Of a DNA stretch of 64,000 bases, positions 23,911 to 35,179 are shown one piece after another (within the stretch, counting starts at the first letter, position 1; every line of letters starts with the position of its first letter). Below the pieces are notes generated by a model. It had not been told where the DNA came from and ran no database searches. It worked only from the letters and a program-made list of their open reading frames with translations. The DNA comes from Carcharhinus longimanus (lineage: Eukaryota): the NCBI GenBank assembly GCA_030264375.1, contig JASCQW010000190.1, forward strand, positions 20,220,015 to 20,284,014. Direction: 5' to 3'. The position numbers were made by a program, and so were the translations under genes.

Positions 23911-24544
23911 TGAATTAAATCTGATTTCTTTCTCTCATTTTCATGGTTTAACACATAAAACAACAGAATAGAACTGTAGAGGCTTTGTTAGGTGCATTAA
24001 TGCCTGATAGCACCAGCAACACTAATTGTAAGATGAGTGACAAGGTCATGCCATCAATCACTGACAATATAATCACCTGTAAGCTTGCAAACTTAAAAAT
24101 TCAAAATGCAATGACAAAAATAAGCTGTAAGAATTTTGTTTTCTCTACATTCAGGGGCTTTTAAAATCCCACCTGCAATTAAGAGCAGTCTTGGAATGTA
24201 CCCATGGAGGTCCTACAACATTCCTGTAAGTTTAACCTGCTTGTCTACAGAGGCAAGAGGAAAACCCCATCGGAAAATAATAGGGTGCTGCTACAAAACA
24301 TGTAGATTCATCTCTGATATCGATGGGACCCGACTGCTATTTTAACCGGAGGCCAGCGTGAAGAAGCCATTGTGGTTTCCCGCTACGTCAATATAGAAGG
24401 CGGGTTCTAGGCAGAATGAGGATGGGAAGTTATTTCAGTTTTTTCAACTTGCCTCTTTGGGACAGGAGAAGCAGAATTCTCTCCTCTTGTCAGAAACCCA
24501 GAAGGAAAGTGCAGATCTCCATTCTCCAGCCCCCCCAACCAATA

Positions 24545-24890
24545 GGGAGGTGATTGCCTAGTGGTATTATGCAAGATTATTAATACAGAAACTTAACTAA
24601 TGTACTGGGACCTCAGGTTCAAATCCCGCCACAGCAGATGGTGGAATTTGAATACAATTTTAAAAATCTGGAATTAAGAATCTGCTGATGACAATGAAAC
24701 CATTGTTGGTTATCAGAAAAAACATCTGGTTCACTAATGCCCTTTAGGGAAAGAAATCTGCCATCCCTACCTGGTCTGCTTACAAGTGACTTCAGAGATA
24801 CAGCAACGTGGTTGACTCTCAATTGCCCTCATGGGCAATAAGTGTTGGCCAGCCAGTGATGCCGCATACCCCACAAAAGAACTTTAAAAA
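24545..24890 (+). mobile_element. tRNA-derived MetaSINE-like element
   Basis: GGGAGGTGATTGCCTAGTGG head, GGTTCAAATCC, CTGGTTCACTAATGCCCTTTAGGG core. Confidence 0.85.
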
Positions 24891-25805
24891 ACCCAATCAC
24901 AGACTCCGCTAAACCTCATTCCTGTGACTTTAACAGCAGCAGTCTCCTGCCACCTGGCTTTGTGCCCTCGCACACTGGCAAGCTGTGATTTCCCAACAGT
25001 TTTGGATGAGTCCAAATCATTTGATGCCAATGCGACTTCAGGGCCTCACATGGCCAAGGTCTGGCTGCTTTGTCACCTGCCTTAGCCCCCAACATCCTCC
25101 CCCAAAACGGGATTTGCTGGAGCATGAATTGACTCTGGCAGGAAGGTGTAAGCTGAGTTTTTAGGAATGGCTTTCGAACTTCCAGATAGGGCTGAATCTG
25201 TTCTTCAAAGTGACATCCATCTATCAGCAACCAGATTGAAGTTTGGCATATTCGGAAATGAAGACTTAAGATCCAGAAGAGATGATTTTGGATTGATGTG
25301 GGCGGAACCTTTAAGAATATTAAGGTGGGGTTTGCAAATACGCAGTCCTTGTGCTGTTCACCTGCCAACAGTGCAAATCGCAAATTCAGGGTCAGAGTTT
25401 ATCACTCTCCAGGGGCTTTACTGTCTATCAAATAAATAGCAAAAACTTCCGTGGGCCTTTCTGACCTTGGCTTCCAAATTTCTGGCACGCATTCCTGGAA
25501 CGTGAAGGGTTTACATCAGGGCTCAAGTCTAGCCTACAATTGTCTTGCATACATGGTGCTTATTTCAGTGACTGTTGTGTCTACTAACCAGTGACGTTCA
25601 TATTTCATGAGCTTTTGCTTTGGCAGTTGCCAATTTTGAGCTTTCATCTATCACAAACAAACAGATCAGATCTCTAATGTTGAACAAAATGAACTTACAA
25701 ACTTCCAGCATTTGTCTGACATGGTTGCAAGAGGGGCAGAAAAAGCTGCATAAATAATGCAATGTTTCCAGTGGGAAGTATTTCTGAATGAGGTAACAGT
25801 TACAT

Positions 25806-26108
25806 TTAAAGTTTATTTATTAGTGTCACAAGTAAGCTTACGTTAACACTGCAGTGAAGTTACTGTGAAAATCTCCAAATGGCCACAGCCCAGTTTTCAG
25901 GTACACCGAGGGAGAATTTAGCATGGCCAATGCACCTAACCGACATGTCTTTCAGACTGTGGGATGGAACCAGAGCACCCAGAGGAAACCCATGCAGACA
26001 TGGGGAGAACATGCAGACTCTGCTCAGAAAGTGACCCAAACTGGGAATTGAACCCGGGTCCTTGGCGCTGTGAGGCAGCAGTGCTAACCGTTGTGCCACC
26101 ATGCCACC
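25806..26108 (-). mobile_element. V-SINE (tail type B)
   Basis: Full-length family structure on minus strand. Confidence 0.92.
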
Positions 26109-27415
26109 CTAAGTCAGGGACTCCTTCCAGCATGTCTACTCCTTTAAGACCCAAATTGCAAATTCTGTCAGTAGTGCCTCAGCAGCAAGTACCTAAGACG
26201 TGAAGATTGGGCTGCCGTTTCTTTTTCTCCCAGCGGCCAGCAGGCTGATCATTATGGGATGTAAATTCAGTAATCTCCCCGCTAAGTGACCGTGGCTCAG
26301 CTCCTTTCCCGCTGCAGTGAGGAGCAGGAAGGGCTAACTGTATAAGAGAATCCAAACTCTCGGGATCAATTTATGGCTCGGTAACATCTGGGGAGGAGTG
26401 GGAGGGGTGACCTGAACTGAGACAGGAGACAGTAGTGCGAGTAGCCTTGGTATAGTACAGCCGTTCCTCATGTAGAAAACATGAATTGAGGACACAAGAC
26501 AATTGATCCTGGTCTATGCAGGAGCAGAACTTCTGTATTAGCGCCAATAAGGGATGGTAATTTACTCCATGACCCATAAAGTGGAGATGAAAATCAAGTT
26601 TTTATCATAAAAACTGGTGCTTACAAAAGAGCTATGACTTCAAGATGTGCCTACTTCCTGCTCAGACAGATGTGACGTTTGCTATTTAGCTTTTGCGTGC
26701 CAGTTGCATATTAAAAATCTTTTTTAAAAAAAATGTTTTTTTGTCATTTACAAGCTTTCTCCTAACGGTAGTTACCACATTCTCAGTGTTAGTTTTTCGA
26801 ACCAGACGAAGGCTGGACATGCTTGAATAGTTGCCAGAGACTAAGCTGTGGTGCAGGCAGGAAATTTCCCAGCTTCTAGATTCTCAAGGATTTACTGCAT
26901 CAAAATTACCCACGAATCTATTAGTAATCGGGTCAGGTCAGTGAGAACAATAAATTCCATTTGTCTATGGGTTTCTTTTACATCTTACACGAGGTCGCCT
27001 TTGCAGATATTTTGTATTTTTTTAGCGATGCCATTTAGCAGGTTAAAATCCACTGACTGTAAGATATTTCTATCAGGAACACTCTTCACTAGTGTCAGGT
27101 TTGTCTTTATCTGCAATTAATTTTAAGCTAGTGAAAGTACAGTTGGCAAGCATTTGAGAAATTCTGGAATGGTTCAATCCCCAGGAACTCCCTTCAAGGT
27201 TCACAAATGCCGAATTGAACTCTATTGTGTAATGTCAGATGAAAGGGAAGTAATTGCATTGCATTTAAAAATTGCAAATGCTTACTATCATGTAAAGTAT
27301 TTTAATTGTGGTGGAATAAGGCATTCCTTGCAGTGCTGATACGTCCACAAGGTTATGTGTGAAGTGTGTCATTCTAATCTGAGTATAAGTCTGATGAATC
27401 CACGTTTATACACAG

Positions 27416-27487
27416 AAACTCGACAGATGCCAGTGCGCAGCCAGCCGTTTCTTCAACAGCATCCAGTAAAACAAAGGCTGGTGGCAG
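27416..27487 (+). other. Candidate 72-nt cassette exon with GC donor (host gene unidentified)
   Basis: tatacacag|AAACTC...GGCAG|gcaagt; symmetric length; two frames open (NSTDASAQPAVSSTASSKTKAGG or TRQMPVRSQPFLQQHPVKQRLVA); weak pyrimidine tract. Confidence 0.4.
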
Positions 27488-27659
27488 GCAAGTGTCTGTT
27501 GAATGCTTTTGGTGACACAACCCCGTTAGTATGCTAATTCAGTTTCCGCATTATAAATTCAGATCAGCTTCTCTTTCCTGGAGCTCTGTATTATAGCAGT
27601 GGCTGCTATGTTTAATTGCTAATTTCTTGCATGCATTATACACGCGCACGCATACACTG

Positions 27660-27718
27660 ACACACACACATACACACACACATACACACACACACACACA
27701 CACACTCACAAACACACA
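27660..27718. repeat. Imperfect (CA)n microsatellite
   Basis: Direct observation. Confidence 0.98.
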
Positions 27719-27740
27719 GACTCTGCCTTCCCTCGACAAG

Positions 27741-27774
27741 ACTGTTCTCCGTGCTTGACCCAGACTTTGTAAAG
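27741..27774 (+). other. Candidate 34-nt exon (55 nt if the acceptor at 27719 is used)
   Basis: ctctgccttccctcgacaag|ACTG...TAAAG|gtgagt; consensus donor; one open frame LFSVLDPDFVK. Confidence 0.55.
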
Positions 27775-28808
27775 GTGAGTAGCACTGCTGTTACAGCGAT
27801 TGGCGGATGTGTTTCCCCATTGCCAGCCTTTATTATGTAATTTCCTGTGAGCGAGATGCCGATTCTCGGACTTTGATGTATGTGGCAGATTGTTTCTGCT
27901 GGCAATCGTGAAAAGTTATTTCGCGATGGATAAAACATGAGAAGGGGTTGCCCCCACCCCCCCTTCTCCTTTCAATGCAAACTTTGATAGACTGAGGAGA
28001 ATGTAAACCTTTTGATAATCTAGGAACTGGTGCATGAGAAATTCCCATTGAGAAGACAGAACGCCTGTATTTATACAGTAGAATACCACTTCAACATGGG
28101 CATGATAACTTGGCAACCCACTCCTCCCTCGCAGTGTCGTCAGCAGCAGTGACTTATTGGTTTGCTCCTGCAGTCCCAGAATACACATGCACAGAAATTC
28201 CTGTTAAGGCTCAGGGACAATCATTGCTCTGAAACAAGTGGCTGGATCAATGGTGTACCATTATTCAACACTATCATTCATTTCACTGGAGTTGGCACTG
28301 GGCCAAGCTGTGCTTTCTCTTCTCTTCGCTCGCTCCCTCTTCCGTTTTTTTTTATATAATAAAACATTTGGCATGCTACGGCTTCTTAATGCTTTATGCC
28401 TCCCTTCCTTTTCAGAAAATCGTCTCAAACAGGATCCTTTTTTGCATGCAGTTAGGTTTACTTACGAGAATGCGACACAATCTTTTTTTACTCCCCTTCA
28501 CGTCCCAGTCGCTACACGACTGCAAAATGAGTGGATGCATCACAGACGTTTGCATAGTCACAGCATTAGAACAGCAATCATGTATTACCTTACCGCTCTT
28601 CTTGTCACAGAGCCAAGGAAACCTCTGTTACGTAGTAGCTACCTCCTGTTCCCTGTGAGTCAGTTCTTTTTACACGTTGCCATACCCTTACGTAGCAGAA
28701 ATGCGTACTTCCCATGCCTGCGGAGATGCCCTGCCACCTCTCTCACTCATCTGGCTTTCTCTCACGCTCTTTCTCTCTGCCTTCTCTCTCCTTTCTCTGT
28801 GCCACCAG

Positions 28809-28902
28809 GCACCAGATGGGATGCGGCTGGTTCGCAGGAGCTGCCTTTGCATTCTGTGCCAGCTTAACACCAACGACGCACTGTACAATGAATAATCAAT
28901 AG
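28809..28902 (+). other. Candidate terminal-type exon start (5' coding part) of an unidentified gene
   Basis: ~80-nt AG-free CU-rich tract (28726-28806) ending in ccaccag|; frames stop at 28867, 28895 and 28902; 3' end not determined. Confidence 0.6.
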
Positions 28903-30129
28903 CCGTATTGATTTGTTGTGAATGTTTGTAAATTCCTGAAAGGAAGAAAAGGAAAGCACTGATACTCGCGGGAACTCAAAGGGGAAAGCTCATTGGTCTG
29001 TCTAGTCCATTCGTGCTGGGAAAACCAGTGTGTCTCTGCAACAATTGACTACACAGAAGCTGTGAATTTGTGAAGGAATGCAAAAAAAAATCTGTGATAT
29101 GCCACGCATTAAACAGACTGAATTAACTTTTTTTTTGCAATTTTGGCATTGCATATGGCCTACAATGAAAGAACCTGACTAGACAATGTTGATGGTACAC
29201 CCGCAACCAGGTCTGGGGCTCTCAAACCAGGCTATCACCTTTTTTCAGTTGAGCAATCATGCTCGAATACAAGATCAACTCAACACACAGCACCTAGATT
29301 GGGTTTGTGACAGGAACATTAGTAACCTTTATGATATTAATCGGGAGCTGGATTTGATTTCAGGATTCAGTTCTCTGATTCAGTATGGAAGGGGAGCCAT
29401 CCATTTTATCAGACGGAGCCAGTGGGATGATTTTTTTTTTTTTTGCAGAGCACTGATTAGCTGCTGTGATCCAATTAGCAGCACACTTCTATCAGAGGCC
29501 AGCTCCACAATATTGTTGCAGTGTCCCGGACCTAGTCATAAATCCTGAAGACAGTGAATCTTTCCACTGGGGAAGATTAATTGCAGCCGCAGCCTGTATA
29601 TAAAAATGTTCAAGATTGAGCTTAATACAGAGAAATGAAAATTCTAATATGTGTAAAATGTTAGCAATTTGAGCAGACGATTTTTAAGAAATGTGAAGCG
29701 GCGATTATGCATAAACAGTATCAAAGCTTATAGCTGGAAATATTAAAATCAGTTAATATTTTTGTTTACCATATGTCTTGGGCAAAATTGATAACTATAA
29801 TTTAATATATGGGGTGAAATATTTATGTATACATCTGTCATTGGCTGGTGGGATATAAATTAGTTTTAGTTATATTTTAAAATTAAATGTTGAAATCAGT
29901 GACCTGGTAAGTCTGAAAAATACTACATTTTAAAAATGCATGATTTGGAAAGTACTCAGCCACTTAGATTTCCATTTCAAATATTATGCATATTTTTTGC
30001 AACAGATTTTGAAGTGATTTGCTATTTTCTTTGGTTTTATTGCCAGATTTCTTGTTGCTGCTGTTATGGTGATGTCAGTGGCATACTGATGCTCGGAGCT
30101 AATTCTGTTGTTATCATACGCACAAGAAT

Positions 30130-30650
30130 CATTTGCACTTATGTAGCACCGTTAAGATAATAAAACATTTCCAAGCGCTCCACATAAAAGGTCGTGGACA
30201 CAAGGCAGGGGTGGAAAAATTAACGGGAGATAAGCAAATGTGTTGTCAGAAAAAGGGGATTTTTTTTTTCAAAGGCTAGAGAGAGAGAAACAGCAGAATG
30301 GGTTTGGAGAAAGCATTCCCTAGAGTAAGATAGAAACAGCTGAAGGCACTGCCTGCAAAAAAAAGGAGTGATGGAAGAGTGGGATTCGCAAAAGGCCAAA
30401 GTCAGAGGATCATAGGGCACGGATTGGCAATTAGGTTTCGAGGAGATTGCAGAGCTAAGGAAGAAAAAGGCTATGACGTGATCTGTAAACAAGAACAAGG
30501 ATTTTGAATTAAGTGCATTGGGGATGGGAGGTCAATGAGGGCACTGTTGAATTTATTGTGGGTCGGGTTGGGAGTGGCAGAGTTTCAGATCAGCTGGAGT
30601 TTATGTAAGGATCAGATTAGCGTTGCCAGTGGGCAGCGCGTCAGCAAGAA
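30130..30650 (-). mobile_element. Old L2-like LINE 3' remnant
   Basis: TTGCACTTATGTAGCACC...CCAAGCGCTCCACA is the reverse complement of an L2-type 3' end; purine-rich decayed body. Confidence 0.55.
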
Positions 30651-30657
30651 CGCATTT

Positions 30658-30660
<3 letters not shown>

Positions 30661-30720
<60 letters not shown>
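30661..30720. repeat. (TG)30 microsatellite
   Basis: Direct observation. Confidence 0.99.
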
Positions 30721-30721
<1 letters not shown>

Positions 30722-30909
30722 CTGGAGTTNNNNNNNNNNNNNNNNNNNNNNNNNNNNNNNNNNNNNNNNNNNNNNNNNNNNNNNNNNNNNNNNNNNNNNN
30801 NNNNNNNNNNNNNNNNNNNNNNNNNNNNNNNNNNNNNNNNNNNNNNNNNNNNNNNNNNNNNNNNNNNNNNNNNNNNNNNNNNNNNNNNNNNNNNNNNNNN
30901 NNNNNNNNN

Positions 30910-31085
30910 CCCACAGCGCCAGAGACCCAGGTTCGATTCCCAGCTCGGGTCACAGTCTGTGTGGAGTCTACACGTTCACCCCATGTCTGAATGGGTTTGG
31001 AGTGTGGCGACTAGGGGACTTTCACAGTAACTTCATTTCTGTGTTAATGTAAGCCTCCTTGTGACACTAATAAATAAATAAAGTT
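30910..31085 (+). mobile_element. Internally deleted V-SINE (tail type B)
   Basis: CACAGCGCCAGAGACCCAGGTTCGATTCC then tail CACAGTAACTTCAT...AATAAATAA. Confidence 0.85.
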
Positions 31086-31500
31086 AAATAGGGCTTCAAA
31101 AAGCGTGCACTGGCTGGTTCAGCCTCAACAAGGGGTCAAGAAAGAGGACAGAGTTTGGGATATGGGCATGAGGTTTCGGTGGAAATATAGTCAAATGTCT
31201 TCAGTTTTCAATTGAAGCAAATTCTGTCTCACTTCTTGTTTAATGTTAGAGGTGATCTAATAGCGATGGGGGATTGTGATGTTGGGGATGATAGTAAAGT
31301 GAAGCAACAGGAAATTATCAGCATGCATATGGAAATTCACACCCTGCCTGTGGACAGTGGCCAAGGCATTCTAAATCAGTTCTTGCCATTGTGGAAGGAG
31401 CTGGAAATGTTCTCACAGACACATTCCTGTATTCTTAGTTCTGCCCTCTGTCCTTTGATTTCTCCAGAGGGCAGCACAGCAACCTTTATGCGCAATATGT

Positions 31501-31815
31501 GGGGCGGCACAGTGGTTAGCACTGCTGCCTCACAGTGCCAGGGACTCAGGTTCAGTTCCTGGCTTGGGTTGCTGTCTGTGTGGAGTCTGCATGTTCTCCC
31601 CGTGTCTGCTGGGTTTCCACCAGGTGCTCTGGTTTCCTCCCACAGTTCAATGATGTGCGGGTTAGGTGGATTGGCCAGGCTAAATTGCCCCTTAGTGTTA
31701 GGGGGACTCAGTAGAGTAAATGCATGGGGTTATGGGGATAGGGCCTGGGCGGGATTGAGGTCGGTGCAAATTCGAATGGCCTCCATCTGCACTGTAGGAT
31801 TCTATGATTCTATTC
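31501..31815 (+). mobile_element. HE1-type V-SINE (tail type A)
   Basis: Head, V-domain, tail GCACTGTAGGATTCTATGATTCT. Confidence 0.92.
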
Positions 31816-32129
31816 TAGCTGAAATGTGGCTAATCATATTATAGTGAGAGAAAATGGTATCACCCCAGCCCCTCAGGAATGATGGACACATTAGAATACC
31901 TGTTAGACGACAGCTTTCTAAGCATTTACATGCATTCGACAAGAAGATGGCAAAACATTTTAGAAATCTTTCAATCTATTTTTTATCAGCAACCTTAAGG
32001 CTTCTGATGTTCCCATCAGAGAGTGGGGCCTCATCCTTGGCACATTGCTATTGATTTTTACCCAATTCTGTGAGGATCATTGGCAGAGACCTTGGCATGG
32101 GAACCCACTGGGGTGGATGAAAGACCCAC

Positions 32130-32545
32130 AAACAAAGAGAAGTGCAGCACAGGACAGGCCCTTCAACTCTCCAAGCCCATGCCGATCATGATGCTCTAAC
32201 TAAACTAAAAAAAACCTTCTGCTCTTATTCAGACCATATCCCTCTATTCCTTCCCTATTCATGGACCCATCCAGATACCTCGTAAATGTTGCTAATGTGC
32301 CTGCTTCCTCCACCTCCTCTGGCAGCATGTTTCTAGCATGTTTCATGAAAAGCTTACATGCACATCTCCCTTGAACTTTCCCCCTCTCACCTTGAACATG
32401 TGTCCCTGTGTAATTGACACTTCTACCCCGGGAAAAAGCCTCTGACTATCCACTCTGTTTATGTCTACCATAATTTTGTACACACCTATCAGGTCTCCCC
32501 TCAGCCTCCATCCAGATTTCAGGAAATGCCCTCAGTTGGAAAGAC
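32130..32545 (-). mobile_element. CR1-like LINE 3' fragment
   Basis: CACAGGACAGGCCCTTC tail; minus-strand AEGRPDRCVQNY region corresponds to the RGDLIEVYKIM block (frameshifted). Confidence 0.8.
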
Positions 32546-32944
32546 GAATTGGAATTTNNNNNNNNNNNNNNNNNNNNNNNNNNNNNNNNNNNNNNNNNNN
32601 NNNNNNNNNNNNNNNNNNNNNNNNNNNNNNNNNNNNNNNNNNNNNNNNNNNNNNNNNNNNNNNNNNNNNNNNNNNNNNNNNNNNNNNNNNNNNNNNNNNN
32701 NNNNNNNNNNNNNNNNNNNNNNNNNNNNNNNNNNNNNNNNNNNNNNNNNNNNNNNNNNNNNNNNNACCATGCCAGGGTAAATCTCCCAGAGAAGCTCCAC
32801 AGGCCAGAGACATTACAGAAGTACAGACTTGCCAGTTGTGTCCTATAGAGTAGAGAGGTCAAAGATGACTCAGAAGTTTATCATCCTGGAGAATGTCATT
32901 GCTAACAAACCAGGTCTCAGTTTTGTGGACAGAATGGAAGTCAG

Positions 32945-33303
32945 TTTTTTTTTTATTCATTTGTGAATTGTGCATCGCTGGCTGGGCAATATTTATTGTC
33001 CTTCCCTAGTTGCCTGAGGATAGTTGAGAGTCAATCACATTGCTGTGGCTCTGGATTCACAAGTAGGTCAGACCAAGTAAGGATGGCAGATTTCCTTCCC
33101 TAAAGAATATTGGTGAACAAGATGGGCTTTTCTGACAATTAACAATGGTTTCATGGCCATCAGTAGATTCTTAATTACAGATATTTTTATTGAATTCAAA
33201 TTCTGCCATCTGTTGTGATGTGATTCGAACTGGGGCCCCAGAACCTTTGCTGAGTTTCTGAATTAATAGTATAGCGATAATACCACTAGGCCATCACCTC
33301 CTC
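32945..33303 (-). mobile_element. MetaSINE-like element
   Basis: Homologous to 7042-7430. Confidence 0.85.
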
Positions 33304-33439
33304 TTAAGGACTTGAAAGGGAAGTTTAGCGAGGTGATCACAAAACCTTGGTGAGCAAAAGATTAGATTGAGAATGGTGATTGGTGAAGATAAAAGGAGTT
33401 TTTTACACAATGGGTGTGGTGTCACTCATGCCAGAGGAA

Positions 33440-35150
33440 GGTAGGAATTAGGAGTGAGATTAGGCAATTCAGTTCTTTGAGCCCGCTCCACCATTTTATA
33501 TGATCATGGCCGATCTCCATCTCATCCTAACTCCACTTCCCTGCATTTTCCCAATAGCCCTTTATCCCATTTTCGATCAAATACTTACCTGTCTCTTTCC
33601 TGAATCCATTGATTGATTCTGCATCCACTGCATTCTGGCGCAGTGAATTCTGCAGATTCACAATCCTCTGTGAGAAATAGCTTCTCCTTATGGCTGTCTT
33701 GAACCTCCCTCATCTTACTCTACAACTATGACCTCTTGTCCTAGACTGTTCCAGAAGGGGGAAACAATTGATTAACATTTACTTTATCAATCCCATTGAC
33801 TATTTTATATACCTCAATCAAATCCCCCCTCATTCTTCTGTACTCCAGTGAGTACAAGCCCAAGCTACTCAACCGCTTCTTATACAACAGCCTCTTCAAA
33901 CCTGGTATCATTTTAATGAATATTTTCTGAACCGCCTCCATTGCCCTCGCATCCTTCCTCAAAGAAGGTGATCAAAACTGAACACGATATTCCAAGTGTG
34001 GTCTCTCAAATGCCTTCTACAATTGTAACAACAGTTCTCTACTTTTATACTATTGACCCTTTGCAATAAATGCCAAGATTCCATTTGCTTTCCTTATAAC
34101 ATTCTGCACCTGCATACCCACTTTCTCAGACTCATGCACAAGGACACACAGATCCCTCTGCAAAGACGTCTTTTGAATCTGTTTCCTATTTTAATAGTAA
34201 CTTGCCCTATTGTTTTTCCAGCCAAAATGGATAACCTCATACTTATCCACATTAAACTCCATCTGCCAGATTCTGGCCCATTCCTCTAGCCTGCCAATAT
34301 CCATTTGTAAACTTTATATCTCCTTATGGCAGCCTGCTTTTCCACCTATTTTTGTGTCGTCAATAAATTTCACTATGTTACGCTCTGTCCCTGCTTGTAG
34401 ATCATTGATATAGATTGTAAATAGTTGTGGCCTGAAAACTGAGCCCTGGGAACCTCACTAGTTACAGATCACCAAGTGGAGAAGGACTCATTTATCTCAA
34501 TACTTTGCTTTCTATCAGTCAGCCAACCCCAAATCCAAACCACCAGTCTACCCTCAACCCCTTGGGATCTAATCATCTGGATCAGTCTCTTGTGTGGCAC
34601 TTTATCAAATGCCTTCTGGAAGTCCAGGTATATCACATCCACAGAATCCCCTTGCTGGTTACATCCTCAAAGAACTCCAGCACTCTAGAACAGCAACTCA
34701 AACAAGACTTGCCTTCACAAAACCATGCTGACTGTGGTGAATTGAGCTTTGCTTTTCCAGATGCTCAGTCACCTCTTCTTTAATGATTGACTCCAGCAAC
34801 TTTCCCACCAAAGAGGTCAAGCTGACTGGTCTATAATTTCCCACTTTTTGCCTCTCTCCTTTCCAGAATAAGGGCGTCACAGTAGCCTGTTTCCAGTCCA
34901 CTGGTACCTTTCCAGAATCCAGGGAATTTTGGAATATCACAACTACTGCATCCACTATCTCTGCTGTCAGCTGCTTTAACACCCGAGGGTGTAGGCCATC
35001 AGCTCCCAAGGCTTGTTTACTTTCAAACCCTTCAGTTTATTGAGAACCTTCTTCCTGGTTATAATAATTTCACCAAGTTCCACTGTATCAACTGCAGTTT
35101 TTGGAACAGAATTATTATCTTCTACTGTGAAGACAGAGACAAAGAAATGG
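33440..35150 (-). mobile_element. CR1 LINE, ~1.7 kb decayed ORF2 (RT) with internal deletion
   Basis: GADGLHPRVLKQLTAEIVDAVVVIFQNSLDSGKVPVDWKQATVTPLFWKGERQKVGNYRPVSLTSLVGKLLESII; YLDFQKAFDKVPH; EAVQKIFIKMIPGL. Confidence 0.95.
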
Positions 35151-35179
35151 CCATTTCGAACAAGAGAAAATCCAACCAC

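Noticed and set aside
24916-25439. 155-aa (-) and 90-aa (+) ORFs in non-repeat sequence
   Set aside because: No recognisable domain, atypical composition and no convincing paired splice sites.
28550-28562. TTGCATAGTCACA, identical to the first 13 nt of miR-153-3p as I recall it
   Set aside because: The following bases diverge (GCATT instead of AAAGTG) and no complementary 5' arm lies upstream, so there is no pre-miRNA hairpin.
28238-28867. 209-aa ORF as a single-exon gene
   Set aside because: Non-ATG start and it reads through a polypyrimidine tract; only the last ~19 codons lie downstream of the acceptor.
33440-35150. Active CR1 retrotransposon
   Set aside because: Multiple stops, frameshifts and an internal deletion; no ORF1 or endonuclease.
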